From a marine group bacterium Sva0996 bin134 (GTDB taxonomy: Bacteria; Actinomycetota; Acidimicrobiia; Acidimicrobiales; Bin134): a stretch of DNA of 64,000 nt. Each line of letters opens with the position of its first letter. Within the stretch, counting starts at the first letter, position 1. The stretch lies in contig MPNQ01000005.1 in assembly GCA_002239105.1 (NCBI GenBank), positions 4,595-68,594 on the forward strand, written 5' to 3'. Positions 9,383 to 17,941 of this stretch are shown here, in pieces. A program made the translations under genes and the position numbers. The notes below the pieces were generated by a model. That model did no database searches and was not told the DNA's origin. It worked only from the letters and a program-made list of their open reading frames with translations.

Positions 9383-9610
9383 TCAGGAATCGGCCGGCGG
9401 GCGCAGGTCCACCCGCAACACCAGAAAGCCGTCCTCGATGGCGGCGGTGGCGTCGCCGATGATGGCGAAGTCTTGGAAATCTTCCTGGGCCCGGCGGATG
9501 AACAGAGTGCGCTCCTCGCCGCCCACCGGCGGCAGCGGGCGACTTCTCACCGCCTCGGCTCGCTCCCGAAACCGGGTGATCATTGCCTCCACGTCCAGTT
9601 CGTCGGCCAT
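9383..9610 (-). CDS. Small conserved hypothetical protein
   Basis: MADELDVEAMITRFRERAEAVR…LVLRVDLRP; tightly packed with its neighbours. Confidence 0.75.
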   Translation of the reverse strand: MADELDVEAMITRFRERAEAVRSRPLPPVGGEERTLFIRRAQEDFQDFAIIGDATAAIEDGFLVLRVDLRPPADS

Positions 9611-9972
9611 CAAGCGAGCGTATCTTCTGGCTCGGCATTGTCCGGCGAATCACGGCGGCCCGAGGTCGAATTGTCGCCGGTTCGCACCCAGTAGACGAAG
9701 GTCCCCAAAAGGGCCACCGCGGCCACCGCGATCAAAAGGGCCATCACCAGCCGTACCTCGTCGTCGGAATCCGACGGCGATGGAGCTTCGATCGGCTGCT
9801 CTTGGGCGATCGGATCGGACGGCCCCGACGCCCCCGCCACTGATCCCCACGCGGCGGTCCCCCACAACAGCACCAAGATCAACCCCCCAACCGGCAACCA
9901 TTTCGCAGACCGACCACGAGCACGCACGTTTTCCAGTCTCGCGCGGCGTACCGCCTCGACGGGTTCAGTCAC
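9610..9972 (-). CDS. Small membrane protein (signal/TM plus second TM)
   Basis: Hydrophobic segments LPVGGLILVLLWG and LVMALLIAVAAVALLGTFVYW; GTGA overlap with the Fpg stop. Start uncertain. Confidence 0.6.
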   Translation of the reverse strand: MTEPVEAVRRARLENVRARGRSAKWLPVGGLILVLLWGTAAWGSVAGASGPSDPIAQEQPIEAPSPSDSDDEVRLVMALLIAVAAVALLGTFVYWVRTGDNSTSGRRDSPDNAEPEDTLA

Positions 9973-10766
9973 CGCTGGTGCTGGGGGCACGAGTAGGTGG
10001 TGCGGCCGCCAATGGTTCGGCGATCCAGCAGCTCCCCGTCTCGGGGGCACGATCCGCCCCGAACCCGGGCCAAGTGGAGGTCGCCAGTGTGAGAGCCTCC
10101 CCGGTCGGCCAGCTCTTCCACTGTGGACACAATTACCTCGGCCAGCTCAGCCACCTCGGGCTCGCTCAACAGTCCCGCCTCCCGGGCCGGGTCCAGGCCC
10201 GTTCGCCACAAGATTTCGTCCACCAGCAGGTTGCCCAGCCCAGCCACCCGGCGCTGGTCGAGCAATCTGGCCTTCAGCGGAGCACGACTGCCCTCCAGAG
10301 CAGACCAAAACTCGTCTGGGGTCAGTTCGAAGGCGTCGGGGCCGAGGCGGGTTTCGTCGGGATTCAGCTCCACCCCGCCCAAGCGCCGGGGGTCGATGAT
10401 GGCCAGGGTCCCCTGGGCGGCAAAGCCCAACCCGAACCGGCGCCATTCGGGCTGGTTCCGCCCGCTGGAGTACTCCAGCTTCTCAACGACCGCGTGGTCG
10501 TCCACCACCAACCTCCCGGTCATGCCGAACCGCAGGCCCAGAACCGCGCTTGGCGAGCCGTCTGGGTACCCGAAGTCCATCATCAGGAGCTTGCCGATCC
10601 TGCGCACCCCTACGACGGCTCGGCCGTCCAACGCCAGCCTCAGCGCTACGGCATCGGCGCCCCCCTTGATGAACCAGTCATCGGGAGCATCAACGAGCGA
10701 GACTGTGCGGCCCACGGTGGCGGCCGCGGCCCGGCGGTAGTACTCGACCTCGATGATCTCAGGCAG
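9969..10766 (-). CDS. mutM: Fpg/Nei family DNA glycosylase (probable CTG start)
   Basis: N-terminal PEIIEVE, RRIGKLL, LRFGMTGRL, DPRRLG, H2TH LLDQRRVAGLGNLLVDEILW, C-terminal zinc finger CPRDG…GGRTTYSCPQHQ. Confidence 0.88.
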   Translation of the reverse strand: MPEIIEVEYYRRAAAATVGRTVSLVDAPDDWFIKGGADAVALRLALDGRAVVGVRRIGKLLMMDFGYPDGSPSAVLGLRFGMTGRLVVDDHAVVEKLEYSSGRNQPEWRRFGLGFAAQGTLAIIDPRRLGGVELNPDETRLGPDAFELTPDEFWSALEGSRAPLKARLLDQRRVAGLGNLLVDEILWRTGLDPAREAGLLSEPEVAELAEVIVSTVEELADRGGSHTGDLHLARVRGGSCPRDGELLDRRTIGGRTTYSCPQHQR

Positions 10767-10795
10767 TGAAATCGACCTCTATGCCTCTGACGATC

Positions 10796-12031
10796 TCAGG
10801 GCGTGGCTTTGTCGGCGGCGTGCATTAGGTCGGCGACCACATCGTCGCTGTGCTCTAAGCCCACCGAGACCCGGATGGTGCCCGGTCCAATGCCCGATGC
10901 CTCCAACTCCTGGGGGGTCAGGCCGGCGTGGGTGGTGGACGCCGAGTGGGTGACCAGGGTTTCGGGGCCGCCCAGCGACGTGGCGATCTGGGCCAGCTTC
11001 ACTGCTTCGACGAACCTCTCCCCCGCCTCATGCCCCCCGGCTAGGTCGAAGGCCAAGAGCCCGCCGAACATCCGCATCTGCCGGGTAGCCAGATCGTGCT
11101 GGGGATGGGTGGCCAGGCCGGGATAGCGCACCGACTCCACGCCGGGATGATCCGCCAGTGCTTCGGCCAGCTGTTGGGCGGTGGCGCTCTGGCGCTCGAG
11201 GCGGACCCCCAGGGTGCGCAGGCCCCGAAGGCCGTTCATGGCGTCGAACGGGGCGGCGTTGGCCCCCTGCAAGATGGCGAACCCCCAAAGCGAGGCGATC
11301 AAATCGGCGCTGCCCGACACCACTCCCAAGGTGGCGTCGTTGTGGCCGCCGAGGCCTTTGGTGGCCGAGTGCAGGCTCAGATCCACCCCGTAGTCCAGCG
11401 GCCGGGTGATGCTGGGCGGGGCGAAGGTGGAGTCCACTGCGGTCAGCGGGCCGACGATGGTGCCCAGTTCCTCTAGATCGACCAAATCCAGGCGGGGGTT
11501 GGCCGGGGTCTCGGCGAACACCAGCATGGTCCGGCCCGGACGCACTGCGGCTTGGAACGCCCCCGGCTCGGTGCCGTCCACAAAGGTCACGTCGATCCCG
11601 AAGCGAGGGCACACCGCTTGGAGCAAGAACTGGGTGCCGGAGTAGAGCTGGCGCTGGGCGACGATGTGGTCGCCCGCCGAGCACAGGCCCAGGATCACGC
11701 AGCTAACCGCGCCCATTCCCGACGCGAAGGCCCGGGAGGCCTCCGCCCCCTCAAGCTCGGCCATGGCATCCTCGAAGGCCGCCACCGTGGGGTTGCCGTT
11801 GCGGGTGTAGTAGTGGCTCTCGGTGGGATCCAGCGCCATGCGCCGGCCGACCTCTAACGACGGGATGCGAAAAGTGGTGGTGGGGTGAAGTGAAGGGGCC
11901 AGCTCGGCCCCGCCTGAACGTCGGCCGGCCAATACGGCCACCGTGTCCGGATGGGAGAACGCGGCCGGGTCGGGGGCGGCTACCGTCTCCCTGCTGACAC
12001 CGTCATCGTCCCTGCCGGTGTCAGGCGACAC
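10796..12031 (-). CDS. PLP-dependent trans-sulfuration enzyme (cystathionine gamma-synthase / O-acylhomoserine sulfhydrylase family)
   Basis: YTRNGNPT, FASGMGA, ETPANP, VDSTFA, HSATKGLGGHND, SLGGPETL motifs; directly downstream of metX. Confidence 0.9.
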   Translation of the reverse strand: MSPDTGRDDDGVSRETVAAPDPAAFSHPDTVAVLAGRRSGGAELAPSLHPTTTFRIPSLEVGRRMALDPTESHYYTRNGNPTVAAFEDAMAELEGAEASRAFASGMGAVSCVILGLCSAGDHIVAQRQLYSGTQFLLQAVCPRFGIDVTFVDGTEPGAFQAAVRPGRTMLVFAETPANPRLDLVDLEELGTIVGPLTAVDSTFAPPSITRPLDYGVDLSLHSATKGLGGHNDATLGVVSGSADLIASLWGFAILQGANAAPFDAMNGLRGLRTLGVRLERQSATAQQLAEALADHPGVESVRYPGLATHPQHDLATRQMRMFGGLLAFDLAGGHEAGERFVEAVKLAQIATSLGGPETLVTHSASTTHAGLTPQELEASGIGPGTIRVSVGLEHSDDVVADLMHAADKATP

Positions 12032-13277
12032 TGCTTCCCACCTTCTCCAGGAAGTCCTTGATGGCCTGGCCCACCGCCTCAACTTCGAGCAGGAAACCGT
12101 CGTGGCCGTGGGGACTGTCCACCACGGTGTACACGCATCGCCCGCCGGCAGCCACTACCGCGTCGTGCAACTCCACCTGCTGGCGGGGCGGGTACAGCGT
12201 GTCGCTGGTGATGCTCAGCGACAGCACCGGTGAAGTTATCCGGGCGGCGGCCGCGGCGATGCCGCCCCGGTCGCGGCCGATGTCGTGCAGGTCCATCACC
12301 CGGTTGAGCACCAGGTAGGTGTTGGCGTCGAACCGGCGGACCAGCTTCTCCCCGTGGTAGTCGAGGTACGACTCCACCTGGAAGCGGTCCCAGGCCCCGT
12401 ACACCGAGTGGATGTCGAACAGTTCCCGCCCGAAGCGGTCTTCGAACACCTCGTCGGACCGGTAGGTGATCTGGGCCAGCGACCGGGCAATGGCCAGCCC
12501 CACATGGGGTCCCTGTCCGAGCGGGTTGTCGTAATAGTCGCCGCCTCGCCAGTTGGGGTCCAGCGCCAAGGCCGTCCGCCCCACCGCCGACCAACCGATC
12601 TGCTGGGCACTGGCCGCCATGCACCCGGCCAAAGAGCACACCGAACTCACCCGGTCGGGGAACATCACGCCCCACTCCAGAGCCTGCATGGCCCCCATCG
12701 ATCCCCCGACCACCGTCAGCCACCGCTTGACGCCCAGATGGTCGGCCAACCGGCGCTGGGTACGCACTATGTCGCGCACCGTCACCGTGGGGAACGACGA
12801 GCCATAGGGCTGGTGGGTGTCGGGGTTGGGCGATGCCGGTCCGGTGCTGCCCTGACACCCGCCCAGCACGTTGGCGCACACCACATACAGCTCATTGGTG
12901 TCCAGGGCTTTGCCCGGGCCGATCATCTCTCCCCACCACCCGGGGGTGGGGTGGCCGTGACCGGCGTCGCCGGAGACGTGCGAGTCGCCGGTGAGGGCGT
13001 GGCAGATCAAAACGGCGTTGGAGCCGTCGGAGGCCAGTTGCCCCCATGTCTCGTAGGCCACGGTCACTTCCCGCAGCGCCCCGCCGCCCTCCAGCACAAA
13101 GGAGTGGGGGCGGTCGAGGGTGAAAAACTGGCGGCTGCCAGGGGGATCGCCAGCCAGCCACGCGCCGGTCACCGGCAAGTCGGTGCTGTAGCCCCGAGGG
13201 TGGGACAGACTGGGCGCCTCAGCGGCCGGCTCAACAGGAGGACGGCGCCCGACGCTGCGGTTCTTGTCTGTTGGCAT
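12021..13277 (-). CDS. metX: Homoserine O-acetyltransferase
   Basis: ICHALTGDSH, NVLGGCQGSTGP, GGSMGAMQALEW, RRFDANTY, SPHGHDGFLLE. Confidence 0.95.
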   Translation of the reverse strand: MPTDKNRSVGRRPPVEPAAEAPSLSHPRGYSTDLPVTGAWLAGDPPGSRQFFTLDRPHSFVLEGGGALREVTVAYETWGQLASDGSNAVLICHALTGDSHVSGDAGHGHPTPGWWGEMIGPGKALDTNELYVVCANVLGGCQGSTGPASPNPDTHQPYGSSFPTVTVRDIVRTQRRLADHLGVKRWLTVVGGSMGAMQALEWGVMFPDRVSSVCSLAGCMAASAQQIGWSAVGRTALALDPNWRGGDYYDNPLGQGPHVGLAIARSLAQITYRSDEVFEDRFGRELFDIHSVYGAWDRFQVESYLDYHGEKLVRRFDANTYLVLNRVMDLHDIGRDRGGIAAAAARITSPVLSLSITSDTLYPPRQQVELHDAVVAAGGRCVYTVVDSPHGHDGFLLEVEAVGQAIKDFLEKVGSSVA

Positions 13278-13327
13278 GGTCCTCCCTTCGTCTGTCTATG
13301 GGAGGGCCACTTTTGCCGTAGCGGATA

Positions 13328-13470
13328 AGCCCGGACACTTGGTTGCCTCCGGATTGGCCGGAGACCACATCTCCCGCCGAAGCGGGCGAGCACCTTGGGT
13401 GTCCCTCCCAGGTTGCTGGACCAACCATCCGAGCACAGTGTCTCGGGCGGAAAGCCGCTCTCGATGTACC
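13328..13470 (-). promoter_or_regulatory. SAM riboswitch, SAM-I clan (SAM-I/IV variant architecture)
   Basis: On the minus strand: P1 TACATC/GATGTG, ATCGAGAG, CAGCAACC…AAGGTGCT core, P4 hairpin CCCGC-TTCG-GCGGG, 3' P5 hairpin, and GTGTCC able to pair with the L3 GGACAC. Lies upstream of metX. Confidence 0.85.
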
Positions 13471-13475
13471 CCTAC

Positions 13476-13505
13476 AGGGTAGCGGGGCGCAGAACGCAGG
13501 CTCAA
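13476..13505 (-). promoter_or_regulatory. Putative housekeeping-sigma promoter for the riboswitch-metX operon
   Basis: TTGAGC-N18-TACCCT ending about 6 nt before the riboswitch 5' end. Confidence 0.45.
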
Positions 13506-13524
13506 CCTTTTACTTACTGAGGGG

Positions 13525-14691
13525 TCAGACGGCCTCGGCCACCGGGTCCCATCGGTCGAGGGCGTCCAGCCGATCATCGTTGGAGAACATCTCCACGATG
13601 GGGACATCCAGCGACAGCCGGCGCTGGAGCCTTTTGACTACCAACTCCTCGTTCCACAGCGACAAGGTGACAGCCATGCCCGACTCCCCGGCCCGGGCGG
13701 TGCGGCCCGAGCGGTGCAGGTAGGTCTTGTGGTCGGGCGGCGGGTCGAAGTGGATCACCACGTCCACGTCGTCGATATGCAGTCCTCGAGCGGCCACATC
13801 GGTGGCCACCAGTGCCTGGATATCGCCGGTGGCGAACCGGGCCAGCGAGCGCTCCCGAGCCTGCTGGCGGAGGTCGCCGTGGATGGGCTCGGCCCGCACG
13901 CCCTCGTCCTGGAGCTTGCGGGCTAGGCGGTCGCACCCGTGGCGGGTGGCGGAGAAAACCAGGGTGCGATTGGAGGCCCGGATGATGGCTGCGGCCACGT
14001 TGACCTTGTCCATCTGATGGACGGCCACGAACCGGTGCTGCATCTCATCCACCGTGACCTGCTTGGACTCGACTTCGTGGCGGGCCGGGTCATCCTGGTA
14101 GCGGCGGACCAGGGCGTCCACCGCCCCGTCGAGGGTGGCCGAGAACAGCAGGGTCTGGTGGCGGGACTCCACATGGCGCAGGATCCACTCCACTTGGGGC
14201 AAAAAGCCCATGTCGGCCATGCGGTCGGCCTCGTCCACCACCACGATCTCCAGCTTGGCCACCGACACTGCCTTGCGGTCGATCAGGTCGATGAGCCGCC
14301 CGGGCGTGGCCACGATTATGTCCAGGCCGTTGTCGATCTTTTTGATCTGGGCCTCAATGGGCGCCCCGCCGTACACCGGATCCAGGGTTAGATCCCGGCA
14401 CCGGGCCAAGGGTTGCAGCTCCTTGGCCACCTGCACTGCCAGCTCGCGGGTGGGGACCAGTACCAGTCCGCGCGCCCAATGGGAGTCGGCATGGGAGAGG
14501 TTCTCCACCATGGGCAGGCCGAACGCCAGGGTCTTGCCCGACCCGGTTTTGGCCTTGCCGCACACGTCTCGGCCAGCGAGAGCGTCGGGGATGGTAAGGG
14601 TTTGAATGGGGAACGGGGCTTGGATGCCTCGTTCTTTGAGCGAGGCCACCAAGTCTGAGGCCACGCCCAAAAAGCGGAATTCTTCTGTCAT
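13525..14691 (-). CDS. DEAD-box RNA helicase
   Basis: Q motif PFPIQ, AKTGSGKT, PTRELA, DEAD, SAT, HRSGRTARAG. Confidence 0.95.
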   Translation of the reverse strand: MTEEFRFLGVASDLVASLKERGIQAPFPIQTLTIPDALAGRDVCGKAKTGSGKTLAFGLPMVENLSHADSHWARGLVLVPTRELAVQVAKELQPLARCRDLTLDPVYGGAPIEAQIKKIDNGLDIIVATPGRLIDLIDRKAVSVAKLEIVVVDEADRMADMGFLPQVEWILRHVESRHQTLLFSATLDGAVDALVRRYQDDPARHEVESKQVTVDEMQHRFVAVHQMDKVNVAAAIIRASNRTLVFSATRHGCDRLARKLQDEGVRAEPIHGDLRQQARERSLARFATGDIQALVATDVAARGLHIDDVDVVIHFDPPPDHKTYLHRSGRTARAGESGMAVTLSLWNEELVVKRLQRRLSLDVPIVEMFSNDDRLDALDRWDPVAEAV

Positions 14692-14755
14692 CTAAGGTGC
14701 GGGCTGCGGAAGAAAGCGGAATAGATCGCCAGCCCGCCCTCTTAGGATACTGGAT

Positions 14756-15667
14756 TTAGGGCGTGGACGTGATGTTTTCGGCGGACGGTACCTCATGCAC
14801 CGGCTGTTCGGGCTCGGGGTCTTCGGGAGCCAACTCGTCTGAAGACGGCTCATCGGGGGCCGTTTCATCGGGGTCTGCCTCGCCGACATCGCCCCGGCCC
14901 CAGAGCAGGTAGGCCACCGATCCGGCGATCAGCGCCAGCATCACCCAGATGTTGACCCGCACCCCTCCCAGTTCGCTGGCGAAGTCCACCCTGATGGTCT
15001 CGATCCACAGCCGGCCCAGCGAGTAGCCGAGCACGTACAGCCCGAACAAGCGTCCCGGCTTGAGGGTGAAGCGCTTGCTTACCCACAGCAGAACCCCGAC
15101 CAGCGCCAGGTTCCAGATGCACTCGTACAAGAATGTGGGGTGGAAGGTGTCGTCGTCCAGATACTGGAACCGGCGGTGCTCGGGGTCGATCTCCAGCGCC
15201 CACGGCAGGTCGGTGGGCCGCCCGTACAGCTCCTGGTTGAACCAGTTGCCCCATCGCCCGATGGCCTGGGCTAGCGGGAGGGCGGGGGCGGCGGCGTCGG
15301 CAATGTGGGAGAACGGGACATTGCGCTGGCGGGCGAGCACCGCCGCCACGGCCACGCCGGCGATCACGCCGCCGGGTATGCCCAGTCCCCCCTCCCATAT
15401 CTGCCACGCCTCGCCCCAGTTCCCCTCGTAGGACTTCCAATCGGTGATGACGTGGTAGATCCGAGAGCCGATCAGCCCGGCGATCACCGCCCAGACGGTG
15501 ATGGAACTGGCCAGTTCCGGGGAATAGCCCTGCTGGGTGAATCGGCGGGCGAACAGCCAGGCCGCGGCCAGAACGCCGAGGGCGATCATGAGGCCGTAAG
15601 CCCGCAGATCCAAAGAGCCGATCTCTAGGCTGCTGGAACCCGGACTGGGAATCGAAGTCAAGATCAC
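14756..15667 (-). CDS. lgt: Prolipoprotein diacylglyceryl transferase
   Basis: IWEGGLGIPGG, AQAIGRWGNWFNQELYGRPT, HPTFLYE. Confidence 0.95.
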   Translation of the reverse strand: MILTSIPSPGSSSLEIGSLDLRAYGLMIALGVLAAAWLFARRFTQQGYSPELASSITVWAVIAGLIGSRIYHVITDWKSYEGNWGEAWQIWEGGLGIPGGVIAGVAVAAVLARQRNVPFSHIADAAAPALPLAQAIGRWGNWFNQELYGRPTDLPWALEIDPEHRRFQYLDDDTFHPTFLYECIWNLALVGVLLWVSKRFTLKPGRLFGLYVLGYSLGRLWIETIRVDFASELGGVRVNIWVMLALIAGSVAYLLWGRGDVGEADPDETAPDEPSSDELAPEDPEPEQPVHEVPSAENITSTP

Positions 15668-15756
15668 TGCCCTACTCTGCCATGTTCGGCCAGAAAAACA
15701 GCCTATCGGAGCCCATCTCGCACTCTGGGTGGTCTGGTCTGATTAGATTTCAGCCC

Positions 15757-16212
15757 ATGAGCGACAGCGCACGATTGATCGAGAACCTCCTCTACACCTA
15801 TGCCGAGCGGATCGACGGCGGGAACCTGGAGGGGGTGGCCGACCTGTTTACCCACGGTCGCATCGTGGCCTCCCCCGAGGCTCCAGTGGAGATGGTGGTG
15901 GCCGGACGAGACGAGGTGCTGGGGATGTATCAGAGCTCCACCCGGCTCTACCCCTGCGGCACCCCCCGGACCAAGCACGTCACCACCAACGCCATCATCG
16001 AGGTGGATGACGATGCCGGAACCGCCGAGGGCCGCGCCTACTACACCGTCTTCCAGCAGCTCGACGACTTCCCGCTGCAACCCATCATCACCGGCCGCTA
16101 CCACGACACCTTCCACCGAATCGACGGAGTTTGGTGGTTCGACCAGCGGACCATGCTGGTGGACCAGCTCGGCGACTTGAGCCGCCATCTGCTGTTCGAG
16201 TTGGAGATGTGA
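15757..16212 (+). CDS. SnoaL-like / NTF2-fold protein
   Basis: IENLLYTYAERID…TKHVTTN…GRYHDTF pattern. Confidence 0.85.
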   Translation: MSDSARLIENLLYTYAERIDGGNLEGVADLFTHGRIVASPEAPVEMVVAGRDEVLGMYQSSTRLYPCGTPRTKHVTTNAIIEVDDDAGTAEGRAYYTVFQQLDDFPLQPIITGRYHDTFHRIDGVWWFDQRTMLVDQLGDLSRHLLFELEM

Positions 16213-16252
16213 GGCTGACGGCCGGATTGCACCGCAGCAAGGAGACTCGACG

Positions 16253-17038
16253 ATGACCGACCTCACGCCCGCCAACCTGTTCGGCCTCGACGGCAAGATC
16301 GCCCTGGTTACCGGAGGCGGACGGGGCATTGGAGCCATGATCGCCGAGGGTCTTTTGGGTGCCGGGGCCCGGGTGATCATCTCCTCCCGGCGCCAGGACC
16401 AGCTCGACGAGGCGGTAGCAGAGCTGTCGGGCATCGGCCCCGTGGAGGCCATCGCCGCCGACTGCTCCACCGAGCAGGGCTGCAAGAGCTTGGCCCAAGC
16501 CGTTGGTGAGCGCACCGAGCGGCTGGACATCCTCGTCAACAACGCCGGGGCCACCTGGGGGGCGCCTTTGACGGAGTTCCCCGACTCGGCCTGGGACAAG
16601 GTGCTGAACCTGAACGTGAAGGGGGTATTCCAGCTGACCGTGGCTCTGCTCCCCTTGCTGGAAGCAGCAGCCACCCCCGACGACCCCGCCCGAGTCATTA
16701 ACCTGGGCTCGATTCAAGGCCTCCAAGCCCCCGACATCGAGAACTACTCATATTCGGCCAGCAAGGCCGCGGTCCACCACATGACCCGGGTCTTGGCCAA
16801 GAAGCTGGGATCCAGCCATATCACGGTCAACGCCATCGCCCCGGGGGCGTTCTACACCAAGATGATGGCCTACACGCTGGACAATTTCGGCGACGAGATC
16901 GCGGAGGCCACCGCTTTGGGACGGCTTGGGCAACCGGAGGACATGGCTGGCGCGGCCGTGTTCTTATCGGGACGGGGCGGGGCGTACCTGACCGGCGCGG
17001 TCATCCCGGTGGATGGCGGCTACTCCACCACCCTCTAA
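16253..17038 (+). CDS. Short-chain dehydrogenase/reductase
   Basis: TGGGRGIG, NNAG, YSASK. Confidence 0.93.
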   Translation: MTDLTPANLFGLDGKIALVTGGGRGIGAMIAEGLLGAGARVIISSRRQDQLDEAVAELSGIGPVEAIAADCSTEQGCKSLAQAVGERTERLDILVNNAGATWGAPLTEFPDSAWDKVLNLNVKGVFQLTVALLPLLEAAATPDDPARVINLGSIQGLQAPDIENYSYSASKAAVHHMTRVLAKKLGSSHITVNAIAPGAFYTKMMAYTLDNFGDEIAEATALGRLGQPEDMAGAAVFLSGRGGAYLTGAVIPVDGGYSTTL

Positions 17039-17053
17039 GGGAAGGTATCGCCC

Positions 17054-17929
17054 ATGTCTCCAGTGTTCATCGAAGTCCGGGCCAACGAGTACACCGGCCG
17101 GGAGGCCAACCCCAACGTCCCCTGGTCGACCGACGAGCTCATTGCCGATGCGGTGGCCTGCGCCGAGGCCGGGGCGTCGGTCTACCACTTCCACGGGAGA
17201 GATCCGGCTACCGGGGCGCCGGTGTGGGACGCCGACACGCTGGGAACTGTCATCGTCGGGGTGCGCGACGCCTGCGACATCATTTTGATGCCCACCCTGG
17301 GGGCTTCCACTGTGCCCGATCCCCATGCCCGGCTGGCTCCTGTGCTGGAGATGGCCGCCGATCCGGCCACCCGGCCCGAACTGGCGCCCATAGACCTGGG
17401 CAGCTTCAACATCGACCCCTACGACTCCGATAGCGGATCGTTCGGCAACCCCGACATCGTCTATGTGACTCCGCTGCGAGCGCTGCGGGAGATGGTGGCC
17501 GATGTTGCGAAGGCGGGAATGAAGCCGATGGGCGCATTGTGGACAGTGGGGTCGGCCCGGCTGCTGGCGGCGTTCTTAGACACCGGGGACATGGCCGCGC
17601 CGGCCTATGGGGAGGTCACCCTGTCGGACTCGTGGCTGTCGGGGCATCCGGCCACCGTCGACGGGCTCGACGCCATGACCCGCTTCCTCCCCGACGACGG
17701 GCGGGCGGTGTGGGGCTGTCTGGCCTACGGCGCCGACCTGCGGCGGTTGGCCCCTGAAGTGATCTCTCGGGGCGGACACCTCATAGCCGGATTGGGCGAC
17801 TACCCCTATTTGGAGCTGGGCACCCCCACCAACGCCGACGTCGTGGCTGCGCTGGCCGGCTGCATCGCGAACTCGGGGGCGGAACTGGCCACAGTAGGCC
17901 AGACCCGTACCCTGCTGGGACTCGGCTGA
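17054..17929 (+). CDS. Beta-keto acid cleavage enzyme (BKACE / DUF849, 3-keto-5-aminohexanoate cleavage family)
   Basis: NPNVPWSTDEL…EAGASVYHFHGRD…GSFN…GGHLIAGLGD…TNADVV. Confidence 0.85.
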   Translation: MSPVFIEVRANEYTGREANPNVPWSTDELIADAVACAEAGASVYHFHGRDPATGAPVWDADTLGTVIVGVRDACDIILMPTLGASTVPDPHARLAPVLEMAADPATRPELAPIDLGSFNIDPYDSDSGSFGNPDIVYVTPLRALREMVADVAKAGMKPMGALWTVGSARLLAAFLDTGDMAAPAYGEVTLSDSWLSGHPATVDGLDAMTRFLPDDGRAVWGCLAYGADLRRLAPEVISRGGHLIAGLGDYPYLELGTPTNADVVAALAGCIANSGAELATVGQTRTLLGLG

Positions 17930-17941
17930 TAAGCGAGCCGG

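Noticed and set aside
9258-10769. 503-aa + strand ORF and other long antisense ORFs (e.g. 18569-20092, 36766-38514, 1733-2932)
   Set aside because: They are shadows of well-supported opposite-strand genes in high-GC DNA and have no recognisable motifs.
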